Assembly (NCBI GenBank): GCA_037379345.1 | Contig: CM074511.1 | Span: forward strand, 23,357,171-23,421,170 | Direction: 5' to 3' | DNA: 64,000 nt | Origin: Perna viridis | Lineage: Eukaryota | Shown here: piece by piece, positions 13,201-25,930 of the stretch | How the letters are laid out: every line of letters begins with the position of its first letter | How positions within the stretch are numbered: the first letter of the stretch is position 1 | Made by a program: the position numbers and the translations under genes | Notes under the pieces: generated by a model | Told to the model about the DNA's origin: nothing | The model's database searches: none | What the model saw: the letters and a program-made list of their open reading frames with translations, nothing else

Positions 13201-14796
13201 ACTAAACACTTATAAGTCGCTATTAGTAAAGTAATATTATTTCTACAAATTAGAACATTATGAATAGGCATAAATTTGGCACTATTTTATTTTTTTTTTT
13301 CATATAACTTCTCATTAGTAATGTCAATGAAAGACCAATAAGCTGTCCAACTATATTTCAAATGCCTTAAGAACATTTCAGAAAATTTGAATTCCTAAGT
13401 TAAGCAAAAAATCTATACTTGCACAGAAATATCGACAACACATGAGCTTATACTGAATAAGGGCATGTATCATTTTACATTTTTCTTAAAAATCTGAATG
13501 GTTTTCTACTGTTGAAAAAATCATTGAATTCCAGCATAAACAGCTATTAATACAACAAAAAAAAACCATAATATATTATTTTTTAATTCAATGGTCAAAG
13601 GTGAAAAAAAATAAAGTATCAGATCGTAAAACATATGTAATAAAGTATTATGGTCTCTGTGGTATATTAAAAAAAAATGGTAAAAAACAAATTTTGTGAT
13701 AAATTCTAATCACTGAAAACAAGTCAACATTTTTTTTTGCTTTTGTAGCATAAAATACTATCAAACAAGATAAAAACAATTATTTTCTCAACTTTCAACG
13801 TTATATATCAACGCTTGTTTAGAAAACTACATTTATTATTGTGATTACCTTTTTTTGTATTAGAAATATATCATTTACCACGATGGAAAGAAGAAATGTA
13901 ACATCTAAACATCTTGTGGGGGCCATTTCTTAAAATATACATAAAAGTCTGAATGAGTCTGTAAATACCCATTTTTTTCAAAGAAAATGAATCTGGTAAA
14001 TATTAGAAAAATTAAAGTCAAATATCTCGACATTGGTAAAAATATGCATGTACACTTAAAATAAATTTTGTAGTTTAGTGAATGAATTGTAGGTAAGAAT
14101 AGTAATATACCCCGCTTAATTTCTTGCCACCCCTTGTAATGATTTCTAAAAAAAAAAAACAGATTTGGGCAGTTTCTTCTGGTCGCTCAAAACTAGTTTT
14201 CGAGTTGTATATAAATGAATCAATTTTTATATGAAACTTCAACGATACATTTGAAATATAAAAAGGCAACACGTTTCTGATCTGTGAAAATGAAAGGTGA
14301 AACCATGGATTGGGTGCAATTTGTATCGATTTAACTTCCCAGGCGTGTAATAATTCTACAGGTTTATTGCTAAATAAATCATAACAATTGCAATCATCAT
14401 GAAATGATAGAATAAAACCAAATTGGTTGAAAATGCTTTTATCAAAAATGTGCAAAAAGCATGAACGTCATAACTATTATTTGTTTTGTTTTGTTTTGTT
14501 TTTTGTTAATTTGACTTTAAGTATAGCCAGATCAAACATAACTTTCACTCCGACCTGTGGAAGGAGCGTGATAAAAAATCACTTATCATTAATATACTAG
14601 TTGCAAATTTCCGTTTTCGTGACGAAAAAAGAAAATAACGTCACACGACTTTGATCATTGTAATTGTCATTTTCCTGTTATCCAGTGGTGTCACATGGAG
14701 TTAGACAGCAAATCAATAGATATCAAATTAAGGTACTTAAAGCAATGCTGGATCATATTCTTGACGAGAAATACGAAAACACTAGTCTTCTAAATT

Positions 14797-14937
14797 GGTG
14801 GCGGATCCAGAGGTGGATGCAGGGGGTTACAAAATGTCATTTTCATGTGTAAAATTGACAAAAAAATGGAAAATAGTGACCTGGTACCCCCTTTTTCCTG
14901 GGGAACCACACTTTCAAAGTGTCTGGGTCCGCCCCTG
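14797..14937. mobile_element. Short MITE with GGCGGATCCAG-type TIR, probable 8-bp TSD (hAT-like)
   Basis: GGTGGCGGATCCAG ... CTGGGTCCGCCCCTG; flanks TCTAAATT and TCTAAAGT (7/8 match). Related single ends near 19244-19258 and 61716-61730. Confidence 0.65.
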
Positions 14938-16142
14938 TCTAAAGTAATGATACTTTGTCAGAAATTATTTATTTTCATTCAAAATTAAATCAAGAGAATT
15001 TAACTGAAGTTATAAAATATTCATAACTCGATATCAACCAGCCATTATAACTAATCTTAAGTAGAAGAAAAAAAAACACAAAAACAGAATAATTGAATTT
15101 GAAGAGCATCTCAAGGAAGCACACTTTATTAAAAAAAAATATAGCTTCAAAGCAACAAACATTCTATTGTAGATCGTTGGAAGGACATTGAATAAAGATA
15201 ACACCTGAAACTTAAATTTCTATATATGGTGTTATGCAATCAAATGTAATCATTAATTATATAATCACAGATAGTTAGATGTTAACCAAAAAACATGAAA
15301 ATCTTATCTTACACTTACGTAATACATTTCGGAAATGCATTTTGAATGAGAAGAAAATTATCAAAAGAAGCCCGATATGAGCGGATAACATTTCTCTGCT
15401 ACAAGGAATAAGTCGAAATGTCTCATGCAAGGAATTATAAAGTCAATAGCTCCATCAGGTTTATTTTCAATAAATCCTGGTTTATAACACTTGAACCAGT
15501 CTATTTACAACTTCATCAGCAATGTGATAATTAAATCACGAGATCTCAACATAAAATTTACATTAAATTCTAAATAATCACCAGAAACACGAATAAAATA
15601 CCGTACAAGTGTAACACTGGGACTGGTTAAGGTGCTCCGACGTCTGTTGTCAGCTTAAATCTATTTAATCTTCATAGCCATGTCAATTTATGATAATGTG
15701 CGTCTTCTTCAATACATTTAGCAACCAATTCTGATATAATAATTTTTCTACTTCATGGTATCTCAAATACATATAATAATCATCCAGTTTTCGCAATAAT
15801 GAATCAACTTGAGTAAATGGAAGTTATATCTTTATATTAGAAAGAAAATTACTAAGAATCATTTACAGATCAGAAAATATAATAAAACATATTGTCTGTT
15901 GTTCTTGTCGCCTCTTCTAAAGCCACAATGTCTGAACGACTTTCAAACTGCCAAGTTGAAAAAGGCGTCGAAACAATCATCATTTTTCTTAATATTCTAA
16001 TGGTTTTATGGTTGTCATAATAATTTCAAATTCTTTTCCATATGTCTATTTTTTGTGGATTTTTCCTTCCTTTTCTCATGTTTTCAAATAACGGTAATCT
16101 AACATCATATATTAACAGGTGTGAAAGATCCTATACCACTTA

Positions 16143-16431
16143 CAGCGAGTGATATCGTTAACTTCATGGAACAGAATAGGTCTTTCCTTGATTAATTGAT
16201 CACATAATGGCACGTGTTAGGTAGATAACTGGACACTTAACAAGGAGATTTAGCCATTCATTTCATAAGTGTTTTTCTCTTCTAAGTTTGATAGAAAGTT
16301 AACGACATTTTATCAATTGTACTGTTAACTACCCAAGAAAGTTCATCAGGTAATTAAAGTTCATCAGGTAATTGTCATTTAATCAAGGGAAGACCAACTA
16401 TATCCACTGAAGTAAACTATTTTACACGCAG
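16143..16431. mobile_element. TA-flanked hairpin MITE family, copy 1
   Basis: TA|CAGCGAGTGATATCGTTAACTTCA ... TGAAGTAAACTATTTTACACGCAG|TA. Confidence 0.8.
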
Positions 16432-16843
16432 TAAGACTGACAGCACATGCTTGTCTTAAAGGTGTACCAAATCTGACCTTTCATCGATAGAAGCTAGATA
16501 CATTATTTTACCTGCCTTCCAGATGTACGAAATATTTCTAATGAGTCGTTTACCAAACAAACATTAATTATTGCTAATGCGCATGCATTATAGTTGCAAC
16601 TGAATCTCTTTTGCTACGCTCTTTACATCTAAAATCGAATTACAAATGATCTCAAATTAAATTATCTTTACATTAGAAAAGAACTTATAATGCTAAGTGT
16701 TGATTTAAAACTGACTACGTCTTTGATCTATTGAATCCTCATCAGAAACAAGATGCTTTACAGCCTTGTAATGCGATTTGGTCATGCATTGTTCGAAACA
16801 GGCAATTATTAACTGAAAATTGCATTTTAGTGTGTGCTTGAGG

Positions 16844-16858
16844 GTGTTACTTTAATTA
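16844..16858 (+). promoter_or_regulatory. Conserved upstream motif GTGTTACWTTAATTA of paralog A
   Basis: The same 15-mer starts 112-117 nt upstream of the homologous ATG in all three paralogs. Confidence 0.6.
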
Positions 16859-16960
16859 AGAAGAAGCTGGTAGAAATTATAGTGCAGTACATCGGTTTGT
16901 TGTCTATTTTGACAGGGTTCTCTTCTCTAATGTTGGTGTGTTACAATTGGACTTAGGACC

Positions 16961-16985
16961 ATGGTAGTTCTGCCGTACCATATTA
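16961..16985 (+). CDS. Paralog A coding exon 1
   Basis: accATGG context, MVVLPYHI, phase-1 donor A|GTAAGT as in B and C. Confidence 0.75.
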
Positions 16986-19900
16986 GTAAGTAATATTTTC
17001 AAAATCATTTTCTCTTTTAGAAAAGATTTGACATATTTATACAGTTGTTATACATTGGTCTAAACTTTTTTGGATTAAAGTGCATCCGAATGCTTTTGAC
17101 AATTTTTGTTGACAAAAATACTTAAAACTACACTGAAGTAAAATTTTTAAATTGTAGACGTGGATCTATATTTATCAAACGCTGTACGAAACTTGAAGTT
17201 AAAAATAAACCTTTTGCAACTCAACAACTTGAAAACGAAAATCCATAAATTTAAGTGACGAATGCGTGTATATCATATTTAGTCATTTTTGTCAGATCTA
17301 ACACATTTTCCTGTTAAATTATCACTTATATAAATAAATAAACACATGCTATACGCTTATTACTAACAGAAACTTCCTATGAACCTGTTGCATAGTAAAT
17401 AATTTTGTATTGAAATTTTGAATTTATTTTTGAATAGATTTATTTTCCACAATGATGATGCTACTATGGATAATTAACCTGACTTGTTCAAGCAGGACGT
17501 GTCCTAAGGATTTATTTAGTGAAGTTTTCAGCTGTTTAAGAAATCTTACAAATGGAACAAATCAGAGTTCTTTAGTGTCTGGAATAGATACAGTATTGAT
17601 GAAGAGAAACTGCGGGTAAGTACCTAAACAATCTCCCTGTATGATTACAACCCTCTTCTTATATTAATTATTTTTGCAAGCCGCTCAGAATGTTCAGTGT
17701 TGTATTTATTTGTCATCATGTGAAAATTATATGCGGTTAGAAATTTTCTTTGTCTTAAATTATTACAATTTACTGTTTATAATAGACACAATATTCTTAT
17801 TGGTATACTAAGACACACAAATTAAAAGGATGTTCAATGAACGAATTTTCAAATGGCATGGTACTTTATTCTACGCAGAAATGGTGCTTTTGACGGTAGT
17901 GTCCAGTGCCTTAGAAAATTATATTCCCGTTATGAAGATCCAGTTTCTAGAGAATGGCTGCATAAATTAGCCAGACCAAGACGGTGGCAGTCAGGATTTG
18001 ACAGATTTTGTCAACATGTCAATTGTAAGTGTATGAAATTTGCATGAAAAAGAAAAAAAAGAGTTGAAAGCCTCCTGATTATTCTGATTATTGTGAAAAT
18101 TTACATTTTGAAAAATGTATATTTAGTCCTGGAGTTGATTTGGTTCTGCTACATGTATATATGATTTCGCTTACCGATAGGAGCATAATTATCAGAATCC
18201 GAAAGTTATGCTTTTTGATTTTTATTATCATAACTCTATGTGTTAAGGATTTTTGTAGTGTATTAACTCATAATTATTGTAACCCTGTCCGGAATCTGGT
18301 TGATTTACATGTATGATTATACTTCCTATACTTCATACAAATGTTTAACGTCAACAAGTTGTCAAATGGATAGATGATCATGGGCTATAATGGGTTTGTG
18401 ACGACTTGTACACTTGCTTTAAATATGTCATTTCGTAACACTCGTACTTGTTCGTCTAATACTACAAAATATTTTACAGTCAGCAGTACATTTACAAAAC
18501 GACCTGCGATTAAGTACAATAGTAACATGCAGGAGAAGTTGAAAGTTTTCCAAGAACTTTAGAACTTTGAATATTCAAATTGTACCCCATTTCCCCCTCC
18601 CAAAAATAAACAAAAGATAAAACAAATACCCAAAATACCAGAAAAGATTGTATAGGAAGTTTTTGAACATTGTACATGTAAATGTTATTTCTTTTAGATT
18701 ATATGAATGAAAGACAGTGTATTCAACAACAAAATACAAAGTTTGAAGCATGTGTGAGACTTAACAACGAAGATTTTGTAAATCCGAAACAGTTTATTTT
18801 ACACACAGGAGGAGGTTACACTGTAGATGAAGATACACTAAAGTCTATGTGCAGGTAAGAAAAATTGATTTTAAGAACATTACTTGTTTTAAATACAGTG
18901 AAACCTGTGTAAATCGGTACTTGGAAAAGTGAAATCTTGTCTTAACCAGACAATTTAGAAGTCCTTTAGTATAAGCTTAAGTATATTTCCAACCTGAACA
19001 AACCGGACACCTGTCTTAACAGATGAAATTTTACAGATTTCACTGTAATTTCATTTCATTTCAGAACCAGTTTAAAAACAAAAGGTCAAAAGACAAGCGT
19101 GTCGGGCGTACGCCTCTCTAAAATTTTGAGTTTAAACAAATTGTATAAAATGTTGATTTTATACAAATTTTACCCAAAACAGTTTGCATGTCTCGCTTGA
19201 CTCGGCATTCAATTCTATTAACGCCCAATATTAACCTGAAATCCTGGACCCGACACTGAACCCGCCCCCCCCTTTATAATCTGAAACTGAATCACTTTCA
19301 ACAAGAAAAGCGATAAAACGATATTTCATTACATAAAGTGTTCCTTACTAGAACAAGTTCTAGTTTTATAATTGGTTAAGAAAATAAAAGTCCTTGTCGT
19401 CTAATTCAATTTCCCACCGTCTCCATTATTTCAGAATGTTACCACATTAAGGTTTAGATGATTAAATTTCTTTTGGTCGTTGTCTGGTTTACTTCTTCCT
19501 AAAAAAACTTGGAATGAGTTCTGGTTAGAAACTATTAACCATTCTCCAACAGTGTATTAAATATTGCAAAAAAATGCTACATAATTTTTCGTAAGCCATT
19601 TATAACAGAAACGCCTCTAAAACATATGTCGCAACTGAACGTTCATATTCCTTTTAAGATATCATTTTTTACAAATTTAATCAAATCGTTTCCCGATTGG
19701 TAATGCATCAGTGTGGTATTTCTCTCAATAAAAAAACTCTTTCAATCATGTTAGGATATTAATAATCTCATTTTCTACATATTGAAATAAGTAAAAAAAT
19801 AATAAATGAAATTGCAATCTTACGGATAAGTCGACAGCTGTTTTAATGGTTTAGATTAAACTTGCTTACTCGGCTGCAGCCAATATGAGCCATCGAGCTA

Positions 19901-21209
19901 ATAATCCATGAAAACAATTTCCAGGATAATGTTAGTTGAAAATGATCATTTCTGTTTCAAGTATACGCTTTTCATAAAGCAAACTGAAGAAACGACCTCA
20001 TGGACTGAGTGAAATTACAGCGAATAATATAGTTAACTTCAGGGAATATCGTTAGTCTTCTCTTGATTGGCAAACACCTGATGAAACGGGAAGTAGATAG
20101 TTAACTGGACAATTGTCATGGAGATTTAAAAATTCTATCATTTAAGAAATATTATAATAAATTGTCCAGAAGAAAGTTCACGAGATGATTGTGATTAATC
20201 AAAAGAGTACCAACAAATTTCCCTGAAGTTAACTATATTAACTATATTACTCGCTGTAAGTGTTCACTATTAAAGGCGATAAAACAAAGAACAAAACCAT
20301 ATAAAATGCATCGCTTTGGCTCTCAAAAAGGAAAGCAGTTAATAGCCGCCCTTACACACTTGAAGATAGCGATCTCGAGGGGACTTTCTTTCGTACACTT
20401 TACCTATGGCTTTTTGAGATTTTATACTGACGAATTCTTAACATCACGGTTAAAGCAAAGAAAACAGTACAAAAGAGTTAACCATAAATTTGAAATTACA
20501 CTACATACAATGTTGACGTTCAGGGGATGTAGTTTGTTTTTCGTTGATTGAATTACTATCACATAATCAACTTCCTTACATATATAGTTAACTGGGCATT
20601 TAAACGAATTATACGTTCTATTAGACATAGATTCAAATACCTATGAGTCTGGTCTAGTTACTCACTTTAAAGAGGTTTATCAGGTGATGGACATTCAATC
20701 AAGGGAATATAAATTCTATCCCCTAAAGTTTACTGTTTTACTTGCAGTAAAACAAGTGAATGGACTACCCGATCTTCGACAAAAAAAAAGGGTACACAAG
20801 TAAAAGTAAGCATCTATAAGGAAACACCGGCTTGTCTTGTTATTGTTAACGAATGGTAAACATTTTTTTTTCTCTTCCGCTACTTTAACAAATGATTTTT
20901 CTTTGTCCCCCACTTTTGCAATGGGTATACTGTCTTTAATGTTATCAAATTGTTTTTTTTTTCAGTGTATTTGATCGAACCGATAAATGTTTAAGTGGTC
21001 CATTTAGGAATTCATGTGGTCGAGAAGTAGGCGCCATTTTGTTAGACTTTCATGGTGGAATTACTCCACCGATGTGCAGTAATTATTTATTTAGCTCAAA
21101 AGGACTTTCGATTCATCCGTCCAAGTTTCATGTGATAATATTTGCAATTTTTGCTGGAGTTTTGACACATACTATCACATGTGCTCATCGGTTGTGTTTT
21201 TGGAGTTAA
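16961..21209 (+). CDS. Paralog A: uncharacterised cysteine-rich cell-surface glycoprotein with signal peptide and C-terminal GPI-like/TM anchor, 249 aa, 5 coding exons
   Basis: Exons 16961-16985, 17438-17615, 17879-18024, 18698-18854, 20966-21209; all GT-AG, phases 1,2,1,2, 750 nt open. MVVLPYHINLFSTMMMLLWIINLTCSSRTCPKDLFSEVFSCLRNLTNGTNQSSLVSGIDTVLMKRNCGNGAFDGSVQCLRKLYSRYEDPVSREWLHKLARPRRWQSGFDRFCQHVNYYMNERQCIQQQNTKFEACVRLNNEDFVNPKQFILHTGGGYTVDEDTLKSMCSVFDRTDKCLSGPFRNSCGREVGAILLDFHGGITPPMCSNYLFSSKGLSIHPSKFHVIIFAIFAGVLTHTITCAHRLCFWS. Colinear with B and C. Confidence 0.9.
17438..17615 (+). CDS. Paralog A coding exon 2
   Basis: TAG| ... GG|GTAAGT; signal h-region and Cys1-3. Confidence 0.9.
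17879..18024 (+). CDS. Paralog A coding exon 3
   Basis: CAG| ... T|GTAAGT; 146 nt as in B and C. Confidence 0.92.
18698..18854 (+). CDS. Paralog A coding exon 4
   Basis: TAG| ... AG|GTAAGA; 157 nt as in B and C. Confidence 0.92.
18896..19045. mobile_element. Tc1/mariner-pogo-type MITE in intron 4 of paralog A
   Basis: TA|CAGTGAAACCTGTGTAAA ... TTTACAGATTTCACTG|TA. Confidence 0.75.
20018..20256. mobile_element. TA-flanked hairpin MITE family, copy 2 (intron 4 of A)
   Basis: TA|CAGCGAATAATATAGTTAACTTCAGGGAA ... TTCCCTGAAGTTAACTATATTA(ACTATATTA)CTCGCTG|TA. Confidence 0.85.
20966..21209 (+). CDS. Paralog A coding exon 5
   Basis: T-rich TTCAG| acceptor; SCGREVGA...GGITPPMC motif; TAA at 21207-21209. 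Confidence 0.92.
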
Positions 21210-23223
21210 CAATACGATCTATGTTGAGCGGGACACACTCAGGGATAATGTTTGTTACAGATATTTTCAGTTATCATTTTTTAACTTGCATGTGCTTTTG
21301 TGCTTAATGTATCAAACATTTCTTTAAAATGATATTTCCGGAGACATCACATGATAACAATAATGTATTATAGAGTGCGCTCGAATAATAAACATGTGGA
21401 TAAAGGTACATGTACAGTCAAATAAAGAATGAATATGCTTTGTCGAAAATATACGGTCCAAGTCCGCAGTTAGAGGATAAACATTTCATGAGGATGAGAA
21501 CTAGAACCGTTTAGACCGAAATATACGTACCTGATGAGGAATCGAGTAGACCTCAGAATGATGTAGGTATTATGAATTCTTTAATCGAAAGTTTTAGACA
21601 ATTTAAAAACATATTTTCAATATTTCTTATATAAAACATTTTTAAGTTCATGACCATACACGATTGTATTTGCTTTTCCTATAAGTAGTTTTTCATATGC
21701 ACCATTTCTGGTTTCATGATATCAAAAGGTTTGCCTAATTGTTATGTAAAAGATTCAATTCGCATCAGTATGTTTTGTTTTAAGGTGTTGTGTAAAATGT
21801 AAGAAGGATTATTACAGTTATTAAGTGCACTCGCCTGTGCGTTTTTTTTTCAATGTTAATTGACATGAAACATTTTACCAACATTGTTTTATGCATATGT
21901 TTCAGAATGATAACGACTTAAGTTCACGTTGTACAGTATGTGACGAGATAAATAGGTCCATCATGTTTCATGGTATGTTTTACATATCTCTATTGGGCGA
22001 AAGTGTGGTTGAAATCGGGTAACAAAACTTTGTATAACATGAAGCATGAAGATGTGATAACGGCATATATTAAGTAGTATTCGATCTAAGAGTCATGCAA
22101 AATGTGATTCATGGTAGGAAAGCCTACATATTTTTATTTTTGATATTTTGTCTAAAGTTCTTAAGTAAACAGATTGTAACATGCGGCTTTTCCTATAATC
22201 ATTATTCATAAGAGGTTTAAATTATGTAAACTGTACCGTAGAATTCAAAATTAAGGGAGATAACTCTGTAAATGACACTAAAATACAAGGGAAACTGTTG
22301 GATTTGTAATGTGAATTATCTCCATACGGCAGACAGATTGAAATGAATAATTATACATTTCATCATAAAGATCTATAAAGCAACTTATTTACAAAAATAA
22401 GAACATGTAGTCTGTTAGGGGGTGTATCACATATAACAGGAATTTGCATGATTCTCACTAAGACTTCTACTTAAGTTTTAAGATTTTGTTTAAGCAGAAA
22501 AACCGGGACCAGTACAATATAACAGAAATCGGGGAAACACAAAAACTCTCAAGAACACAAACAAAATTATATTTTCAACAAAATTCTGCTTACCCTGCTT
22601 AGGTATATTTCAACTTTTTTATTGCATAACTCTACAATTTCAGATTCAAGCACTAGTATTTCATTTTTTTTGCAGAGTGGAACACAACAGAAGATAAAAC
22701 AGCGCTCGGTAGAGTGGACTCATCTGAGGCAACGTTATTTATTTTAGACTATGACACTCTGAAAGATGCCTGTATGCATTTGTACCACTTTTTAAGCTTT
22801 AAGTTTGCTAATACAGTATACGGAAAACCATTTTGAAATAGAAATGTTAAAAATGATTCAATTGACCTTGAACTACATGTACCCATACTTTTTCGTTAAT
22901 CATTCATATATCAATCATTAAAAAAACAGTCGTATTATGGTTTAGTCAAAGATCAATAAACCTATGTTTTGTAAATTGCCTTATTGTTTCTTTTTTCTGT
23001 AACGACGTTAGTTCTAGAAATGTCATTTCCAAGGCCGGTATTAGTGATTTGTTGTGATCATATAGACCAAGGAACCTTTTGCTTTTATCCGACTGTGGGA
23101 TAGTTTATGGATATAGACAACGCGAGATATTCCACGCTATTATTATTTTATCTACAGCAACATTTATTCAACCAGACCGTTTATTTGAATGTTAGATGTT
23201 TAAGTAAATAGAATTGTCATTTA

Positions 23224-23426
23224 TAGCGAATAATATAGTTAACTTCAGTAGGTAATCACCTGATAAAATGACTTAGAATCAACAAAGATATTTCAATGGT
23301 ATTTAAATCTAAGATTGCTGGAAAGTTTTAATCATTTTGTCATTCTAACTGTCCATCTACTAAGGCTTGTAATTTAATTGAAGGAAGTCCAAGTCTTTAC
23401 TCTGAAGTTAGCTTAATTTCTTGCCG
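23224..23426. mobile_element. TA-flanked hairpin MITE family, copy 3
   Basis: TAGCGAATAATATAGTTAACTTCAG ... CTGAAGTTAGCTTAATTTCTTGCCG|TA. Confidence 0.7.
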
Positions 23427-24591
23427 TAAGTTAAAATAATTTAGTTTTAGTACTGAAACACATGTTTCCATAGAGATATTATCACTGACTTGAGCGATTA
23501 AAGTCGGGACAAGCACTATATTACAATATTATCAAGGAATATTGATATTTGAATGCCAACTTAAAGGTACTGTTTAATGCGTTGTCTAGGTTTGTAGAAT
23601 AACTGTAATAAATGCTGTTTCTATGGTGATGATTGCCACCTCTGTCAACCTGTCAAATAGAACTAGTTTTCAAACCAATGTTATATTTTGAAAGTAGTAG
23701 ATGACTCAAAACACCACTATTTAATGTTACATGCTTGGTTAAAAGTGAAATCCATCTAAAGCGAACTTAATTGGCTTAGTACAGACACGTGATCGGTTTA
23801 TTTCAAGGTTCGAAGTGCATTTAAATCTAAATAGAGGGACTTTCAGATGTTACGGTTCGGTCGGGATTTCGGACTATTTAGGGATCAGTTACGATAGGTT
23901 AAAGCCTAAACTGCTTGCATCTTTATGTTCAGTTATAATAGCATTATGAGTTGCACTTTTGCATTTATCCAGTATGCATCTTGTTCTTTTCTTTACGGTA
24001 TTTCCAAAACTGCAACATGATAGGGTTATGACATTTATATTTGGATTTACTGATGACAAGCAAAGTATCACTGTTTTCTATAGTAAAGAAAAAACAATAT
24101 ATACACTCATAAAGAAATCGCATTGTCAAAGAATTTCCTTTATGCAATTAAACCTGTCGTGTAATTCTTCTGTGTATTTATTCTAAATCACTTCTTCCAT
24201 TATTCTAAAATGTCTAATTTGATTTCATTAGTAGAAACCAAACAAAAATGACACCTTGGAAACCTAGGCATAGCGATAACAGGTCCCCGGGGTCCATACA
24301 GTAAGAAGAGCTATGGACCTAGAATGATACATTGGCCCCGATAGGGACCGAACGATATTATTACAATTCTATTAACGTCGCCAGTAACTTTTTTTTATAG
24401 TAGTTTATCACTATTTCTAGAAAACGCTAATGGAAGAGTTTCAATCACAATTATAACCACAATAGTTCTACGATCGATAGGGGAAAATACAGACGGATTA
24501 ACTGTAAGAAACGTTAATTTTCAAACAATATTTAACAATGTCGAAGTTGAAAAGAAACCTATATGTAATTATTTAAATAAAATTCAAGCTT

Positions 24592-24771
24592 TTTGTTCTG
24601 AAAAGGAGATCACGAACAAGGAGAAGATATAATACGTTTGTTCTGAAAAGGAGATCACGAGCAAGGAGAGGATATGATACGTTTGTTATGAAAAGGAGAT
24701 CATGAACAAGGAGAGGATATGATACGTTTGTTATGAAAAGGAGATCATGAACAAGGAGAGGGTATGATACG
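24592..24771. repeat. 45-bp minisatellite, 4 copies
   Basis: Unit TTTGTTMTGAAAAGGAGATCAYGARCAAGGAGAGGATATGATACG. Confidence 0.95.
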
Positions 24772-25782
24772 TTTTGTAGTTGCCACAGAAACTCATCGTT
24801 CATTTAAAAAAAAAATAACAAAAATGCATTTATCGTAAACAGACGTCTACAATAAAACTGAAGAGGATGCCGGATATGAACATGAAAAATCAAAGTTATA
24901 ATAAAGAAAAAAACAGATGACAAGATTTTAGGAAGCAGATTACAATGAAAAATATCGCAAGCGTAATACAAATAACACCAAACAAGCGGATTCTGTTTAA
25001 ATATGTTGTAGATCAAAATCAGATCAGATTTCAATGAATACACGAAACTGTGACTTTTATAAAGGTAAATGACCTTTCAATATCAGGCGAGTTGTTCATT
25101 TTTTGTCTGGAAAGACACGTCATGGTATAAAAGTAAGGATATACGGTTCCTATGATTAACGATCATAATTTCTACATGACCAAATTTTCGTTATTGATAT
25201 TTTTTAACACAGGAGAAAAGTAAGGCAGATATTGGCTTTCTTTTATAATTTTGTCTGTACTAGCTTAATAAGGAACTTCTAGTAAGCGCTATCTATCAAT
25301 GTCAACTACACAAGACATGAAGTAATAGAATATGGCCTTAACAAGAAAACGGAAATTAATTGTATCACCAACAACCATATTTTAGAACAGCGAGTCTTAT
25401 CAGATAAATTCCCCACTTTAATGGTCTTGCTATTGTTGAAATTCATGTATGCAAACAAAAATTATTGATTAACAAGCCAAGAAAGCAGTCTTGATTAAGT
25501 TTCTGTCATATGAAGCGCGGTTAATCAGGCAGTGTGGATCAGGAAATAATAATCAAACTTCCCTTGGTGCGGCAAATCGGAGTAAGTCAATTTCAGATTT
25601 GTCATAACTTGTTAGGGTATCCGTTGCTAGGATTTTCCAAGCCGATGACTTTGGCCTATTGCTGTTGGGCAACCACGTGGAATGGGAGATATGACAATGT
25701 CTAAGGACTGTGCCAGAATATTCATGAAAATGTTTATTGAAAGAAAATTCAGCAAAATTGTTCTACGGATTAAAAATTTGAA

Positions 25783-25930
25783 CGAGTAATCAAGGGAACC
25801 AAGATTCCAGCGGAAATCAAAAGAATGAAATCCATGGACAAAGACCAGGCATGGAAAACAGACACACAATAAAGGACATCAAATAACCAAAATGACACAT
25901 ACTAAGTAACAAAAGTAAATGAGCGACTGA
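25783..25930 (-). mobile_element. 5'-truncated 3' end of the Penelope-like element family
   Basis: GAGTAATCAAGGGAACCAAGATTCCAGCGGAAATCAAAAGAATG..., reverse complement of the 3' part of 55652-56040. Confidence 0.8.

Noticed and set aside
21387-21426. Polyadenylation signals (also 51631 for B and 58491-58496 for C)
   Set aside because: AATAAA is too frequent in this AT-rich DNA to call without 3'-end data.
21510-21572. Possible hammerhead downstream of paralog A (CCGAAA...TACCTGATGAGG...GGTA)
   Set aside because: CTGATGA is present but no GAAA follows a proper stem II, and the upstream GAAA leaves too little room for stems III and I.
24592-24771. CRISPR array interpretation of this array or those at 3627-3770 and 49531-49781
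   Set aside because: Units are contiguous with no unique spacers, there are no cas genes, and the DNA is eukaryotic.
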